From positions 1 to 41,983 of the forward strand of contig CAYUIA010000001.1 of NCBI GenBank assembly GCA_964444635.1: a stretch of 41,983 bases of DNA, written 5' to 3'. Source of the stretch: an uncultured Gammaproteobacteria bacterium. GTDB taxonomy: Bacteria > Patescibacteriota > Patescibacteriia > Magasanikbacterales > GWA2-37-8. A program made the translations under genes and the position numbers. This document shows positions 17,507 through 26,157 of this stretch, piece by piece. The number at the start of each line of letters is the position of its first letter. Positions within the stretch are counted from its first letter, which is position 1. Under the pieces are notes generated by a model. The model saw only the letters and a program-made list of their open reading frames with translations. It was not told where the DNA came from and made no database searches.

Positions 17507-17604
17507 TAGTCAGTAGTCTGTAGTCCGAAGTCCAATTTATAACCAGTGGGATTGCTTCGTTTCACTCGCAATGACAGTAGTCCCGTAATCTGTAGTCTGA
17601 AGAC
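17507..17604. repeat. Heptad arrays (tagtcag-tagtctg-tagtccg-aagtcca and ...gtagtct-gaagact) flanking a truncated MITE end
   Basis: Arrays at 17507-17534 and 17577-17604. 17543-17575 (ccagtgggattgcttcg...ctcgcaatgac) matches the right end of the 16771-16899 element. Confidence 0.7.
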
Positions 17605-18770
17605 TATTTTACATTCTTCACCACCACTTTAATCTTATCCGCCGAGCTTGGAGCGGTATCACTCCAAGAAGGGGAGAATTTTACATTAACTCCGGTGACA
17701 TGCGGTAAGCTCACAACATATCTTTCTATTTCACTTTTTTCTTTACCGGCAAAATTGGATTTATCCAAACTTTTGGCTTCGGCATTGAGAGTTACCAGAG
17801 TTTCTTGAGCTACGGTCAAATCGGCTGTTTGTTTTACCAGATCGGTAGAAGCCACAGTGACGACAGGTTCGCCGGAAAAGGAAAGTATTTTTTCAGAATT
17901 ATCATCTATAGATTTGCCTATTTCTTTGTTTAATATTTCTTCCAAATCTTTTTTGGCGAAATAAACCGCGACGAGAGTTGAGGTTCCTGAAAGTGTGAAA
18001 GTGCCGGTTTCTTCACCAGCTTTGTGTGAAGAGGCAGGATTGCTCTCGGTTACGGTGATGATTTTCATATCCGCCCAAAGCTCTGTTTCCCCGATTTGTT
18101 TGAGATAAGCTTGTTTTACTTTTTCTTTATAATCATTTTTGGCGGCCGAAATGTCTGTTTCAGAAACCATACCGATTTTACCGCTACCGCCGCTCATAGG
18201 TTTGGAACTCTCTGCATAAACCACTTTTTGTTTATCTGTAGAAAGTCCGGGAATAGTAAATTTGGTTGGCCCGATATCGCTAGCAGCTCCGTTTTGATCG
18301 GCATAAACTTTGGCGGTTATTTGTCCGCGAGCCGGGATAGTCACCCTATCTTCCAAACGGAAAAGCACATTATCCGGAGAAAGTAGGCGAGTGGTTTTGA
18401 CCAAGATTTGAACTTCGGAAGTATTGTTGTACAGGGTTACTTCGCCTTTGGAAATGCCTTCTACTGTTTTGACACCGGTTGGTGAATAATTTTCGCTCAG
18501 ATAAAATTTGGTGGTGGTGACGATAGCAGCTACTGATTTTTCTCCGCTTTTTTCTTTCATCGCATTTATTGAAATATTGATTGTTTTTTTACTTTCTTTG
18601 GCGATAATGGTAATTTCGGTTTTTTTCAAAGCGGAAAAAATCACAATAGCCAACAATATTACGGTTAATGCCAAAAAGGAGAAAGCAATAACTCGATAAG
18701 TTTTTACCGGCGGTTCATGAGCCGGTTTGGTAGAAAGGCGATGAGCGTACATATTAAAGTTATTTAACAT
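17604..18770 (-). CDS. Hypothetical membrane-anchored extracytoplasmic protein
   Basis: 388 aa. One N-terminal TM segment (VIAFSFLALTVILLAIVIFSAL). The rest is beta-rich, and I recognise no family. Confidence 0.6.
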   Translation of the reverse strand: MLNNFNMYAHRLSTKPAHEPPVKTYRVIAFSFLALTVILLAIVIFSALKKTEITIIAKESKKTINISINAMKEKSGEKSVAAIVTTTKFYLSENYSPTGVKTVEGISKGEVTLYNNTSEVQILVKTTRLLSPDNVLFRLEDRVTIPARGQITAKVYADQNGAASDIGPTKFTIPGLSTDKQKVVYAESSKPMSGGSGKIGMVSETDISAAKNDYKEKVKQAYLKQIGETELWADMKIITVTESNPASSHKAGEETGTFTLSGTSTLVAVYFAKKDLEEILNKEIGKSIDDNSEKILSFSGEPVVTVASTDLVKQTADLTVAQETLVTLNAEAKSLDKSNFAGKEKSEIERYVVSLPHVTGVNVKFSPSWSDTAPSSADKIKVVVKNVK

Positions 18771-18926
18771 TTAAAATTTAATATTTAAAATTACGTACGA
18801 ACTACGAAAGTATACCTGCCCGCCAACGGCCTGGAGCCGTAAGGCGAATGGCAGGCGGGCGAAATTACGAAAATAAATAAATGAATTTATTCTTTAATAT
18901 AGTATACCATTTTTGCAATAAGTTGA

Positions 18927-20630
18927 CTACTCAGTCACACGGAACACTTCCTCTACAGTCGTGACTTTGTTGAGTGCTTTGAGTATGCCATCTTGCACCA
19001 TTGTAACCATCCCATTTTTTACCGCAATTTCTTGGATAGCATATTCACTGGTTTGGCCGGTCAAAATGATTTCTTCTATTTCTTTGTTCATGGTAAATAT
19101 TTCATAAATGCCGATACGGCCTTTATAACCCAAACCCGAGCAAGCTTCACAACCTTTACCGTGATAAAATTTCAAATTATCAAAATCTATTTTATTTTTT
19201 TCGTTTTCCGGTAATTTTTCCAGTTGCTCTTTGACCCGAGTCATTTTTTCATCGTCTATTTTTATTTCTTCAATACATTTGGGACAGGTACGACGAACTA
19301 AACGTTGACCGATAATAGCATTTAGTGACGGGGCTAATAAAAAAGGCTTAACACCCATAGAAAGGAAACGAGGTAATGCCCCAGAAGCGCTGTTGGTGTG
19401 AATGGTGGATAGCATCAAGTGACCGGTCAGGGCGGCCTGAATAGCAATTTCAGCGGTTTCCAAATCACGGATTTCTCCAACCATACAAATATCGGGATCT
19501 TGGCGCAAAATACTGCGTAAACCTTTGGCAAAAGTATAATCGCGACTTGGATCAACTTGGCTTTGATTGACGCCTTCCATTTTGATTTCCACCGGATCTT
19601 CCAAGGTGATAATCTTTACTCCTGGTTTATTGAGAGTGCGTAAAATAGCGTAAAGCGTAGTTGTTTTACCAGAGCCTGTCGGACCGGTAGTGATAATCAT
19701 ACCGTTTGGTCTCTCTACTTCTCTTTTTAGTCTTTCATAAGAATCACCGTAAAAACCTAAGTCGTCAAAAGTAACACCTTTGCTACCGGAAAATAAAATT
19801 CTCATTACCACGCTCTCGCCATAAGTGGTTGGCATGGTGGAAACACGGACATCAATATTACCGGAAGGGAGTTTCAAAGTGACGCGTCCGTCTTGCGGTT
19901 TGTCGGTAATATTTATTTTAAGCGCGGCTAATAATTTGATACGAGAAACAAAACGCTTCCATTGCTCTATCGGTAAATTGGCGACATCGTGGAGTACTCC
20001 ATCAATACGATAGCGCACGGCAATGCCTTTTTCTTCGGCTTCTACGTGAATATCTGAGCTGTTTAGTTTGAGGGCAGAGGCAATAATCAAAGTCAAAATA
20101 TCGGTAATATTGATATTTTTGAATTTTTCTTCCAGAGACTGGATGTTATTCATCTCTACCTGGTATTTATTGAGCTCTTCTTCGGTAATATTAATCTCTT
20201 TACTAACCGGTTTGATGACCGGGAGATTTGCATAGAGTTTGAGTACATAGTCCAAACTATTTTGTGAGATGAGATAAATCTCTGTTTCTGCGTGACCTTT
20301 TTCACCCAGTTGATAAGCGTATTCTTTGAGTGAATCGTCCAAATCCGTAACTGCCAGCTTGATTTTGTCCGGTAGTGAATAAAAACAAATCAGATTTTTT
20401 TCACGAGCGACGCTCTCCGGGATCAAACGCAATGATTCTGCGGAAACAGGGAATCCGTAAAGGTTGATATAAGGCAGACCGAGTTCTTTGGCCTTTTTTT
20501 CCGTATCTTCTTCTCTGCCTTTTTGACGGATGGTTTTTATTTTTTGCGATAATTGCTCTTGAACATCATCGCTTTTTTTCTTGGTACCCCCCTTTTTCAT
20601 CAATTCGTTGATGGATTGAAAATCGGACAT
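18927..20630 (-). CDS. pilB: Type IV pilus / type II secretion assembly ATPase (PilB/GspE family)
   Basis: N-terminal T2SSE_N-like domain, Walker A GPTGSGKTTT, Walker B/Asp box ILRQDPDICMVGEIRD, His box GHLMLSTIHTN, and a tetracysteine motif CPKC...CEAC. Confidence 0.92.
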   Translation of the reverse strand: MSDFQSINELMKKGGTKKKSDDVQEQLSQKIKTIRQKGREEDTEKKAKELGLPYINLYGFPVSAESLRLIPESVAREKNLICFYSLPDKIKLAVTDLDDSLKEYAYQLGEKGHAETEIYLISQNSLDYVLKLYANLPVIKPVSKEINITEEELNKYQVEMNNIQSLEEKFKNINITDILTLIIASALKLNSSDIHVEAEEKGIAVRYRIDGVLHDVANLPIEQWKRFVSRIKLLAALKINITDKPQDGRVTLKLPSGNIDVRVSTMPTTYGESVVMRILFSGSKGVTFDDLGFYGDSYERLKREVERPNGMIITTGPTGSGKTTTLYAILRTLNKPGVKIITLEDPVEIKMEGVNQSQVDPSRDYTFAKGLRSILRQDPDICMVGEIRDLETAEIAIQAALTGHLMLSTIHTNSASGALPRFLSMGVKPFLLAPSLNAIIGQRLVRRTCPKCIEEIKIDDEKMTRVKEQLEKLPENEKNKIDFDNLKFYHGKGCEACSGLGYKGRIGIYEIFTMNKEIEEIILTGQTSEYAIQEIAVKNGMVTMVQDGILKALNKVTTVEEVFRVTE

Positions 20631-20632
20631 AA

Positions 20633-21598
20633 TTATTTTTGAAAAAGTTTAATAAAAAGATGGCCGATACTGGAAAAAATACCTTTGTGATGCATCTTCA
20701 TAAAAAGATACATCCAAGTACCGGTATTAAAAGCATTGTAAAAACCGCCGATAATGATTATCAAAACCGTGATAGTTAAAATACTCAAAATTATCCCTAG
20801 GTTTAACAAGAAAATACTATTGACCAGTCCGGCCAAGAACCACAGGATAGTAGCCGGAATAAAAGATAAGACAATAACTGTGGAAATCAAAGAGGCTAAT
20901 ACCAAATCCAATAGTAACATTATCAAGCTTATTTCAAAAGAAACCAAAAAGTGATCCTTGAAAAGCAAAGCGCCTTTTTTCAGACTCTCGCCAAAAGATT
21001 TATTATCAATGACTGCGTAGCCAGAAGCGTAGATAGAAACGGCGGTCACAACAAGCATGATAAAAATAGCGATGATAAAAGACAAAATCAGAAAGACCTT
21101 GGTTGGCAGGTTATTGCTTGTTCCCAAAAACCAAACACCGGCGCTAAAAGCGGTCATTAAGATCAAAATTATTTTACGTAATAAATCAAAGCCTAGTATT
21201 TTCCAAAAATATTTGTAACTTTTGTGCCAAGTATCGGATAACTTGGAATGCGTCTTCTTTTTGTAATATTCGCAAGTGTTGATAATGAGCGAAGTTTGAG
21301 CACAAACGGAAACAAAAACTATAATTATGAAAATAGCCAAAATAATCTCAAGTAGCCAAACTGCGGAAACAAAATCAGCCGCCGAGCTGTGAGCGAGTAG
21401 ATTATAAAATCCCATCCAAGGAAAATGACTGAAACGAATAGTTTCGGAACCGGTCAAAAATATTTGTCCGTAAAAACCGCCCAATCCAAAAGGGCTGACA
21501 AAAAGTGCGGCCAAAATACCGAAAATCCAAAAAGATTTATTTTTCCAAACAAGGATAAAAGCGTTTTTTAAAGCTTCGCGATAACTTGGTTCGTACAT
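20633..21598 (-). CDS. Hypothetical polytopic membrane protein, apparently translationally coupled to pilB
   Basis: 321 aa with about 6-7 hydrophobic helices. Its stop codon is 2 nt from the pilB ATG. It does not resemble PilC. Confidence 0.6.
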   Translation of the reverse strand: MYEPSYREALKNAFILVWKNKSFWIFGILAALFVSPFGLGGFYGQIFLTGSETIRFSHFPWMGFYNLLAHSSAADFVSAVWLLEIILAIFIIIVFVSVCAQTSLIINTCEYYKKKTHSKLSDTWHKSYKYFWKILGFDLLRKIILILMTAFSAGVWFLGTSNNLPTKVFLILSFIIAIFIMLVVTAVSIYASGYAVIDNKSFGESLKKGALLFKDHFLVSFEISLIMLLLDLVLASLISTVIVLSFIPATILWFLAGLVNSIFLLNLGIILSILTITVLIIIIGGFYNAFNTGTWMYLFMKMHHKGIFSSIGHLFIKLFQK

Positions 21599-21800
21599 AA
21601 AAGTTATAAGTTAAAAGTTGAAAGTTGAAAGTTCGCCCAATTAATCCCTTAAAATAGTTCGTTTGAGGCAGGTTTTAACTAAGGCAAATAAATCCCAAAA
21701 ACACAAAAAAAGCACATTCTTTTGGAACAATATTATTATAGCATATTTTGGCTAAAATGGGGAAATTTTTCTCGGTTAAATTATCAACATGGGGATTATA

Positions 21801-21829
21801 TTGACAAAAGGTATTTTTTTGGCTAAAAT
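21801..21829 (+). promoter_or_regulatory. Promoter of the 208-aa orphan gene
   Basis: TTGACA, 17 nt, TAAAAT. Confidence 0.6.
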
Positions 21830-21900
21830 AAAATGTCTTTTTTCAAAGATAAGGTTCTTTAAATATTAGATGATTTATTAACGTTTTTTCGGAGGAAAAA

Positions 21901-22527
21901 ATGGAACAAAGAATGACTTCTCAAATCGCGCCTTATTTTGGCGCGCGGCAATTGTTTGAAAAGCATGACCCGAACTCTCTCCCGAGCCTCAATGTCTTTC
22001 CTTTTTTTAAAAGAGAAAACATAAAGGCTTATCTGGACAAGCATTACCGGTTTACTCCGGCGGAAGAAAAAGAGTTTCTTTCCTGGTCCCTTGAATGTAT
22101 TATTTTACTGGAACCGGAAAACGATCTGTCCAAAGCCAATGAACTTCTCCGGCTTTTCAAAAAAGAGTTTGACGATTTCTCGGTCAACAAGGCGGTTTTA
22201 AACGCCCTGGTTCAACAGAATTTCTGCGATGAGATTGCTCTTGAGGACCTACTTGGTCTTTTACGCAACTTGGAAATCAAGCCGGGTTCTCCGGAAGCGT
22301 TTGAATTGACGGCCAAATATACAGAACGTTTTCGTGAAGAAGTTACCAGATCTTCCGAAAGCACCAAGAGAACTTTGTGCAATTTCAAAATGCTGGCGGA
22401 AAAGTTCGGCGTGGATCTCAAGGGGTTCAAAGGCTGTTTTGAATCTTTTGTGACCGATTACGAAAAACACCATCACTATAATTCCGCCGCTGTTCTTCGG
22501 GGTTTTATCGAAGAAGATCTTGTCTAA
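21901..22527 (+). CDS. Orphan 208-aa helical protein, a distant paralogue of the 30080 gene
   Basis: SD GGAGG 5 nt before the ATG, with its own promoter and terminator. Shares ...DLS...N(F)CDEIAL..(L)L.......P..A..L..KY with the 126-aa protein at 30080. Confidence 0.7.
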   Translation: MEQRMTSQIAPYFGARQLFEKHDPNSLPSLNVFPFFKRENIKAYLDKHYRFTPAEEKEFLSWSLECIILLEPENDLSKANELLRLFKKEFDDFSVNKAVLNALVQQNFCDEIALEDLLGLLRNLEIKPGSPEAFELTAKYTERFREEVTRSSESTKRTLCNFKMLAEKFGVDLKGFKGCFESFVTDYEKHHHYNSAAVLRGFIEEDLV

Positions 22528-22535
22528 AATACTTT

Positions 22536-22562
22536 AACCGTCCTATTTAGGGCGGTTTTTTT
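22536..22562 (+). terminator. Terminator of the 208-aa gene
   Basis: ccgtcc-tattta-gggcgg followed by T7. Confidence 0.75.
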
Positions 22563-22581
22563 ATCACTTTTTACATTGTGG

Positions 22582-22609
22582 TTGACTTTTTTTGGGGAAT
22601 TGTTATAAT
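22582..22609 (+). promoter_or_regulatory. Promoter of the thrS leader
   Basis: TTGACT, 16 nt, TATAAT. Confidence 0.65.
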
Positions 22610-22615
22610 TTTGAT

Positions 22616-22764
22616 TGCTAGTCAAAAGAACCAGCCCAGACGTGACAGTGTCATGGTACCACTCTTTGGAGAAACGACAATTTAGAAAAAGTGAAAAATA
22701 CGGGTGGAACCGTCCTAAATTTTTAAGGACCCCGATACCTCTGTTTTTGAGGTGTCGGTTTTTT
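22616..22764 (+). promoter_or_regulatory. T-box riboswitch leader (Thr specifier) controlling thrS
   Basis: T-box motif AAUACGGGUGGAACCGUCC. It folds as the canonical antiterminator GGG-[UGGAACC bulge]-GUCCU-loop-AGGAC-CCC. A terminator follows immediately: CCGAUACCUC-uguuuuu-GAGGUGUCGG plus U6. The specifier context GAGAA-ACG-AC at 22669-22678 matches the GAA-codon-A pattern, and ACG codes for Thr. Confidence 0.75.
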
Positions 22765-22785
22765 ATTTTAAAACATACCAATATA

Positions 22786-22880
22786 CTAATGGTACGAATG
22801 ATACTAATGCTATACTAATACTCAATACGAATATATTCGTATTCCATTCGTATAATTAGTACAATTCGTATATTAGTATA
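22786..22880. repeat. AT-rich word palindrome (tactaat/acgaat words) between the T-box terminator and the thrS ATG
   Basis: Perfect 14-nt palindrome acgaatatattcgt at 22827-22840. It is flanked by tactaat/acgaat words on the left and attagta/attcgt words on the right. Confidence 0.6.
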
Positions 22881-22899
22881 AATTAAATAATATTCACAT

Positions 22900-24735
22900 A
22901 TGAAATTAGATATTTCAATTATGCGTCATAGTTGTGCGCACTTGGTGGCCGCGGCTGTAGCCGAGCTTTATCCTAAAGCTAAATTTGGTGTAGGCCCTAT
23001 GATTGAAAACGGGTTTTATTATGATATTGATTTTGGTGTGCCGATAACAGAAGAAGATTTACAAAAAATAGAGGACAAAGCCAAGGATCTGCAAAAACAA
23101 GATTTGCCATTTTCCCGTCAAGAGGTGACCCTTGACAAAGCTATGGAAAAGTTTGCACAAATGGGCCAAGATTACAAAGTAGAGCTGTTAAATGATCTCA
23201 AAACCAAAGGTACGACCAAAATCAATGATGAAGAATTGGCTGAGATTGGCGGAAATATAGATAAAGTCACTATCTATCAAACCGGTAATTTTATAGACCT
23301 TTGTCGTGGTCCGCACTTGAAATCTACCAAAGAAATCGGTGTTTTTAAGCTAACTAAACTGGCCGGTGCTTATTGGCGCGGTAAAAGCGAAAATCCGCAG
23401 TTGACCAGAGTTTATGGCGTTTGTTTTGCCAAACAAAAAGAGTTGGATGATTATCTGTTTTTGTTGGAAGAAGCGGAAAAACGAGATCATCGCAAACTGG
23501 GCAAGGAGTTGGATCTATTTCATATTGATGAGATGGTTGGTTTGGGTTTGCCCCTGTGGCATCCCAAGGGCGCGATAGTTTGGCGAGTGATTGAAGAATT
23601 TTGGTATAAGCATCATTTGCTTGATGGTTATGAATTGGTACGCACCCCGCACATTGGCAACAAAGCGCTTTGGGAAACTAGCGGACATTGGGGATTTTAT
23701 AATGATAGTATGTATCCGCCACTGGAGGTCGGGCAAACACTCAAAGAAAGTCAAAACAATCAAGAAGCCAAAGAGCATGAAACTTATTTGCTCAAACCCA
23801 TGAACTGTCCGTTTCATGTGCAGATTTTCAAAAATCGTCCATATTCTTATCGCGAACTTCCTCTGCGTTGGGCGGAATGTGGCACAGTTTATCGTCATGA
23901 GAAAAAAGGTCAGTTATCGGGTTTGACTCGCGTGCGCGGTTTTACTCAAGATGATGCGCATATTATTTGTTCCAAAGAACAAGTAGAAGAAGAGCTCAAA
24001 AGAGTGATAGATTTTATTTTGTTTATTTATAAATCGTTTGGTTTCAACATTGATGATGTACAAGTATTCTTGTCTTTGCGTGATCCAAATGATAAAGAAA
24101 AATATGTTGGTAGCGACGAGGGTTGGGAATTGACGGAAAGTGTTTTGCGTAAAGTTGCCAAAGAAAAGAAATTAAACTTTACCGAAGAACTTGGTGAAGC
24201 CGCTTTTTACGGTCCGAAATTGGATTTCAAAATTAAAGATTGTTTGGGCCGGCTCTGGCAATGCTCTACTTTGCAGTTTGATTTTAATATTCCGGAACGC
24301 TTTGATATGAATTTCGTAAATAATAAAGGCGAACAAGAACGTCCGTATATGTTACATCGCGCGCTATTTGGTTCGTTTGAGAGATTTATCGGCTTGCTCA
24401 TAGAACATTATGCCGGAGCTTTTCCAGTTTGGTTGGCACCGACACAAATTATGCTCGTACCGGTGAGTGAAAAACATGTAGAAGGCGCGAGAAAAATCAG
24501 AGCCGAGTTGATTGAGCTTGGTTTACGAGTGGAAAGCGATGAAGCGGATGAAACACTTGGTAACAAAGTTCGCAAAGCCGTGAAACAAAAAGTGCCTTAT
24601 ATTATCGCGGTGGGCGATAAAGAACTTAGCGGCGAAGATTGGATGATCAGAATCAGGGGGGTGGAAAAACAAGAAAAAATGAGTAAAGAAAAATTTATTG
24701 AAAAGATTTTGGGAGAAGTAAAAGAAAGAAAATGA
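22900..24735 (+). CDS. thrS: Threonyl-tRNA synthetase lacking the N-terminal TGS domain
   Basis: 611 aa. Begins at the editing-domain motif RHSCAHLVAAAV...GPMIENGFYYDIDF. Class II motifs YRHEKKGQLSGLTRVRGFTQDDAHI and GAFPVWLAP, plus an anticodon-binding domain. Confidence 0.96.
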   Translation: MKLDISIMRHSCAHLVAAAVAELYPKAKFGVGPMIENGFYYDIDFGVPITEEDLQKIEDKAKDLQKQDLPFSRQEVTLDKAMEKFAQMGQDYKVELLNDLKTKGTTKINDEELAEIGGNIDKVTIYQTGNFIDLCRGPHLKSTKEIGVFKLTKLAGAYWRGKSENPQLTRVYGVCFAKQKELDDYLFLLEEAEKRDHRKLGKELDLFHIDEMVGLGLPLWHPKGAIVWRVIEEFWYKHHLLDGYELVRTPHIGNKALWETSGHWGFYNDSMYPPLEVGQTLKESQNNQEAKEHETYLLKPMNCPFHVQIFKNRPYSYRELPLRWAECGTVYRHEKKGQLSGLTRVRGFTQDDAHIICSKEQVEEELKRVIDFILFIYKSFGFNIDDVQVFLSLRDPNDKEKYVGSDEGWELTESVLRKVAKEKKLNFTEELGEAAFYGPKLDFKIKDCLGRLWQCSTLQFDFNIPERFDMNFVNNKGEQERPYMLHRALFGSFERFIGLLIEHYAGAFPVWLAPTQIMLVPVSEKHVEGARKIRAELIELGLRVESDEADETLGNKVRKAVKQKVPYIIAVGDKELSGEDWMIRIRGVEKQEKMSKEKFIEKILGEVKERK

Positions 24736-24795
24736 GTTCCATTCAAAATATAATATAACGAAATCTGTCCGTAACTCCGAAGGGGTGAAGGCGGA

Positions 24796-24825
24796 TAAAA
24801 AAAGAGCGCCGGGAGGCGCTCTTTT
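24796..24825. terminator. Bidirectional terminator between thrS and the convergent orphan gene
   Basis: aaaaaaagagcgcc-ggga-ggcgctctttt. Confidence 0.8.
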
Positions 24826-24839
24826 GGTAAGGTGCTTTT

Positions 24840-25316
24840 TTATTCGCCGATGGATTTTACGGCTTCTTTGTACAGTTCCTTTCCGATTTTTTCCGTGATA
24901 GTTCCACGGTATTTTTCCGAAGAAAGAAACTTTTTCATTCCGTCGCGATAATACTGGCTTTTGACCAAAAAAACCGATTTCGCGTCCGTCAATTTGTTCC
25001 AAAAACGGGATAAAAAATACAAGGAAAAAGCCTTGTTGGGAAACACATCCGCATGATTTTTCTGAACAAGTTCAATGAGAAAATCCGTTTTGTGGGAAAT
25101 ATTTTTCCAGACCTCATTTTTTTCTTCATCAGTCATTAGGTCATAAATCGGATATCCAGCCGTCAGAAGGAAAGCTGGAAGATTAGGATTTTTTCCTTTG
25201 GCCATGGAGATAATCATTTCTTTCTTGTCCATTTTTTCTTTTTCGTGTTTTTTTTTCTTCGCATCTTTTCTTTCTCTTGCTTCATCCAGAAAAAGTATTG
25301 TCTGTTGTGCACCCAT
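24840..25316 (-). CDS. Orphan 158-aa protein (start moved to the internal ATG preceded by an SD)
   Basis: AGGAGG lies 6 nt before the ATG at 25316 (MGAQQ...). The promoter lies downstream of the longer-ORF start at 25355. No recognisable family. Confidence 0.7.
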   Translation of the reverse strand: MGAQQTILFLDEARERKDAKKKKHEKEKMDKKEMIISMAKGKNPNLPAFLLTAGYPIYDLMTDEEKNEVWKNISHKTDFLIELVQKNHADVFPNKAFSLYFLSRFWNKLTDAKSVFLVKSQYYRDGMKKFLSSEKYRGTITEKIGKELYKEAVKSIGE

Positions 25317-25359
25317 AGAAGTCCTCCTGTGTTTGGGTAAAATAATAAAGAACATATGA

Positions 25360-25387
25360 ATTTTACTTCTTTTATTTCAAATGTCAA
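25360..25387 (-). promoter_or_regulatory. Promoter of the 158-aa orphan gene
   Basis: Minus strand: TTGACA, 16 nt, TAAAAT. Confidence 0.6.
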
Positions 25388-25402
25388 GGTTTGAGGGGAA
25401 TT

Positions 25403-25430
25403 TAAAAATCCGCCCTAAAAAGGGCGGATT
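25403..25430 (-). terminator. Terminator of the 81-aa gene
   Basis: aatccgccct-aaaa-agggcggatt (10-bp stem), followed on the minus strand by TTTTAAATT. Confidence 0.75.
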
Positions 25431-25454
25431 AAAGTAAAAGAACTTGTGGGGTTT

Positions 25455-25700
25455 TTATGTGTCCAAAGTTTCCAAAGCGGCTCTGGGAGCCAAACGAACA
25501 CACTCCTTCCAAGGAATAGGGTTTTTTTCAGTGTGCCCGCAGACAACACAGGTTATCTGTTTTTCACTGGCACCATTTTCCCAAGTTACTCCTTGAAAGT
25601 GATCTGTCTCAGTCTGACATCTTCCTTTGCAGAATTTTTTTTCCACCCAGTATCCATGATAGGGGGTTTGTGGCGGATAGCGACGATCACTGTCACGCAT
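25455..25700 (-). CDS. Orphan 81-aa cysteine-rich (zinc-ribbon-like) protein
   Basis: AGGAGG 5 nt before the ATG, a consensus promoter and its own terminator. Cysteine pattern CKGRC...CVVCGH...C. Confidence 0.72.
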   Translation of the reverse strand: MRDSDRRYPPQTPYHGYWVEKKFCKGRCQTETDHFQGVTWENGASEKQITCVVCGHTEKNPIPWKECVRLAPRAALETLDT

Positions 25701-25744
25701 TTTTTCCTCCTAAGAAAAGTGTTTTATAAAAAAGGACCAGGAAG

Positions 25745-25773
25745 ATTATACAATAAAAAAATAAAATTGTCAA
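25745..25773 (-). promoter_or_regulatory. Consensus promoter of the 81-aa gene
   Basis: Minus strand: TTGACA, 17 nt, TATAAT. Confidence 0.7.
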
Positions 25774-25788
25774 GGATGTCCAACCTAT

Positions 25789-25812
25789 AAAAAAACCGCC
25801 CACAGGGGGGCG
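25789..25812 (-). terminator. Terminator of the 75-aa gene
   Basis: Minus strand: ccgccc-ccctgt-gggcgg followed by T6, immediately after the stop codon. Confidence 0.8.
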
Positions 25813-25813
25813 G

Positions 25814-26041
25814 TTAGGAAGGAAGCTTGGCGAGAGTCTTTGCTTCTTTGAAGGATTCGTAATCAATCTTCTTCTTAAGAATTTTTTTGCATTTTTCACA
25901 GCGGAGTACACTGAGATACAGACTGGTATCATGGTTCCACGCCAGTCCGGTGTGGTGTGTGGTGTGCATTCCGCATTTTTTGCAATAAGACTCTTGTTTG
26001 TCTTTTTCGTTAAAAGAGAAGTTCAACTTTTGCTTCTCCAT
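25814..26041 (-). CDS. Orphan 75-aa zinc-ribbon protein
   Basis: CKKCG...CEKCKK cysteine pairs. AAGGAGG 5 nt before the ATG, with its own terminator. Confidence 0.72.
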   Translation of the reverse strand: MEKQKLNFSFNEKDKQESYCKKCGMHTTHHTGLAWNHDTSLYLSVLRCEKCKKILKKKIDYESFKEAKTLAKLPS

Positions 26042-26157
26042 TTTTTCCTCCTTTTTTGTGTATAAAGTACTAATTATATCCTAGTAGTTATTAAAATTAA
26101 TGTCAATTTTGTTGCTAGTTGCCAAATCCACAAAAAACCGCTAAAATGCTCTAGATT

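Noticed and set aside
24523-25002. 159-aa minus-strand ORF overlapping the thrS 3' end and the bidirectional terminator
   Set aside because: It crosses a strong terminator, and it overlaps two better-supported genes. Its composition is low-complexity and F/K-rich.
25317-25355. 13-codon N-terminal extension of the 24840 gene (ORF-track start at 25355)
   Set aside because: AGGAGG sits 6 nt upstream of the internal ATG at 25316. The putative -10 element (25360-25365) would place the TSS at or downstream of the 25355 ATG, so the longer ORF would lack a leader or its start codon.
25446-25790. 114-aa + strand ORF (GTG start) overlapping the 81-aa minus-strand gene
   Set aside because: The minus-strand ORF has a consensus promoter, an AGGAGG SD and a terminator. 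The + ORF has none of these and starts just downstream of the terminator hairpin (25403-25430).
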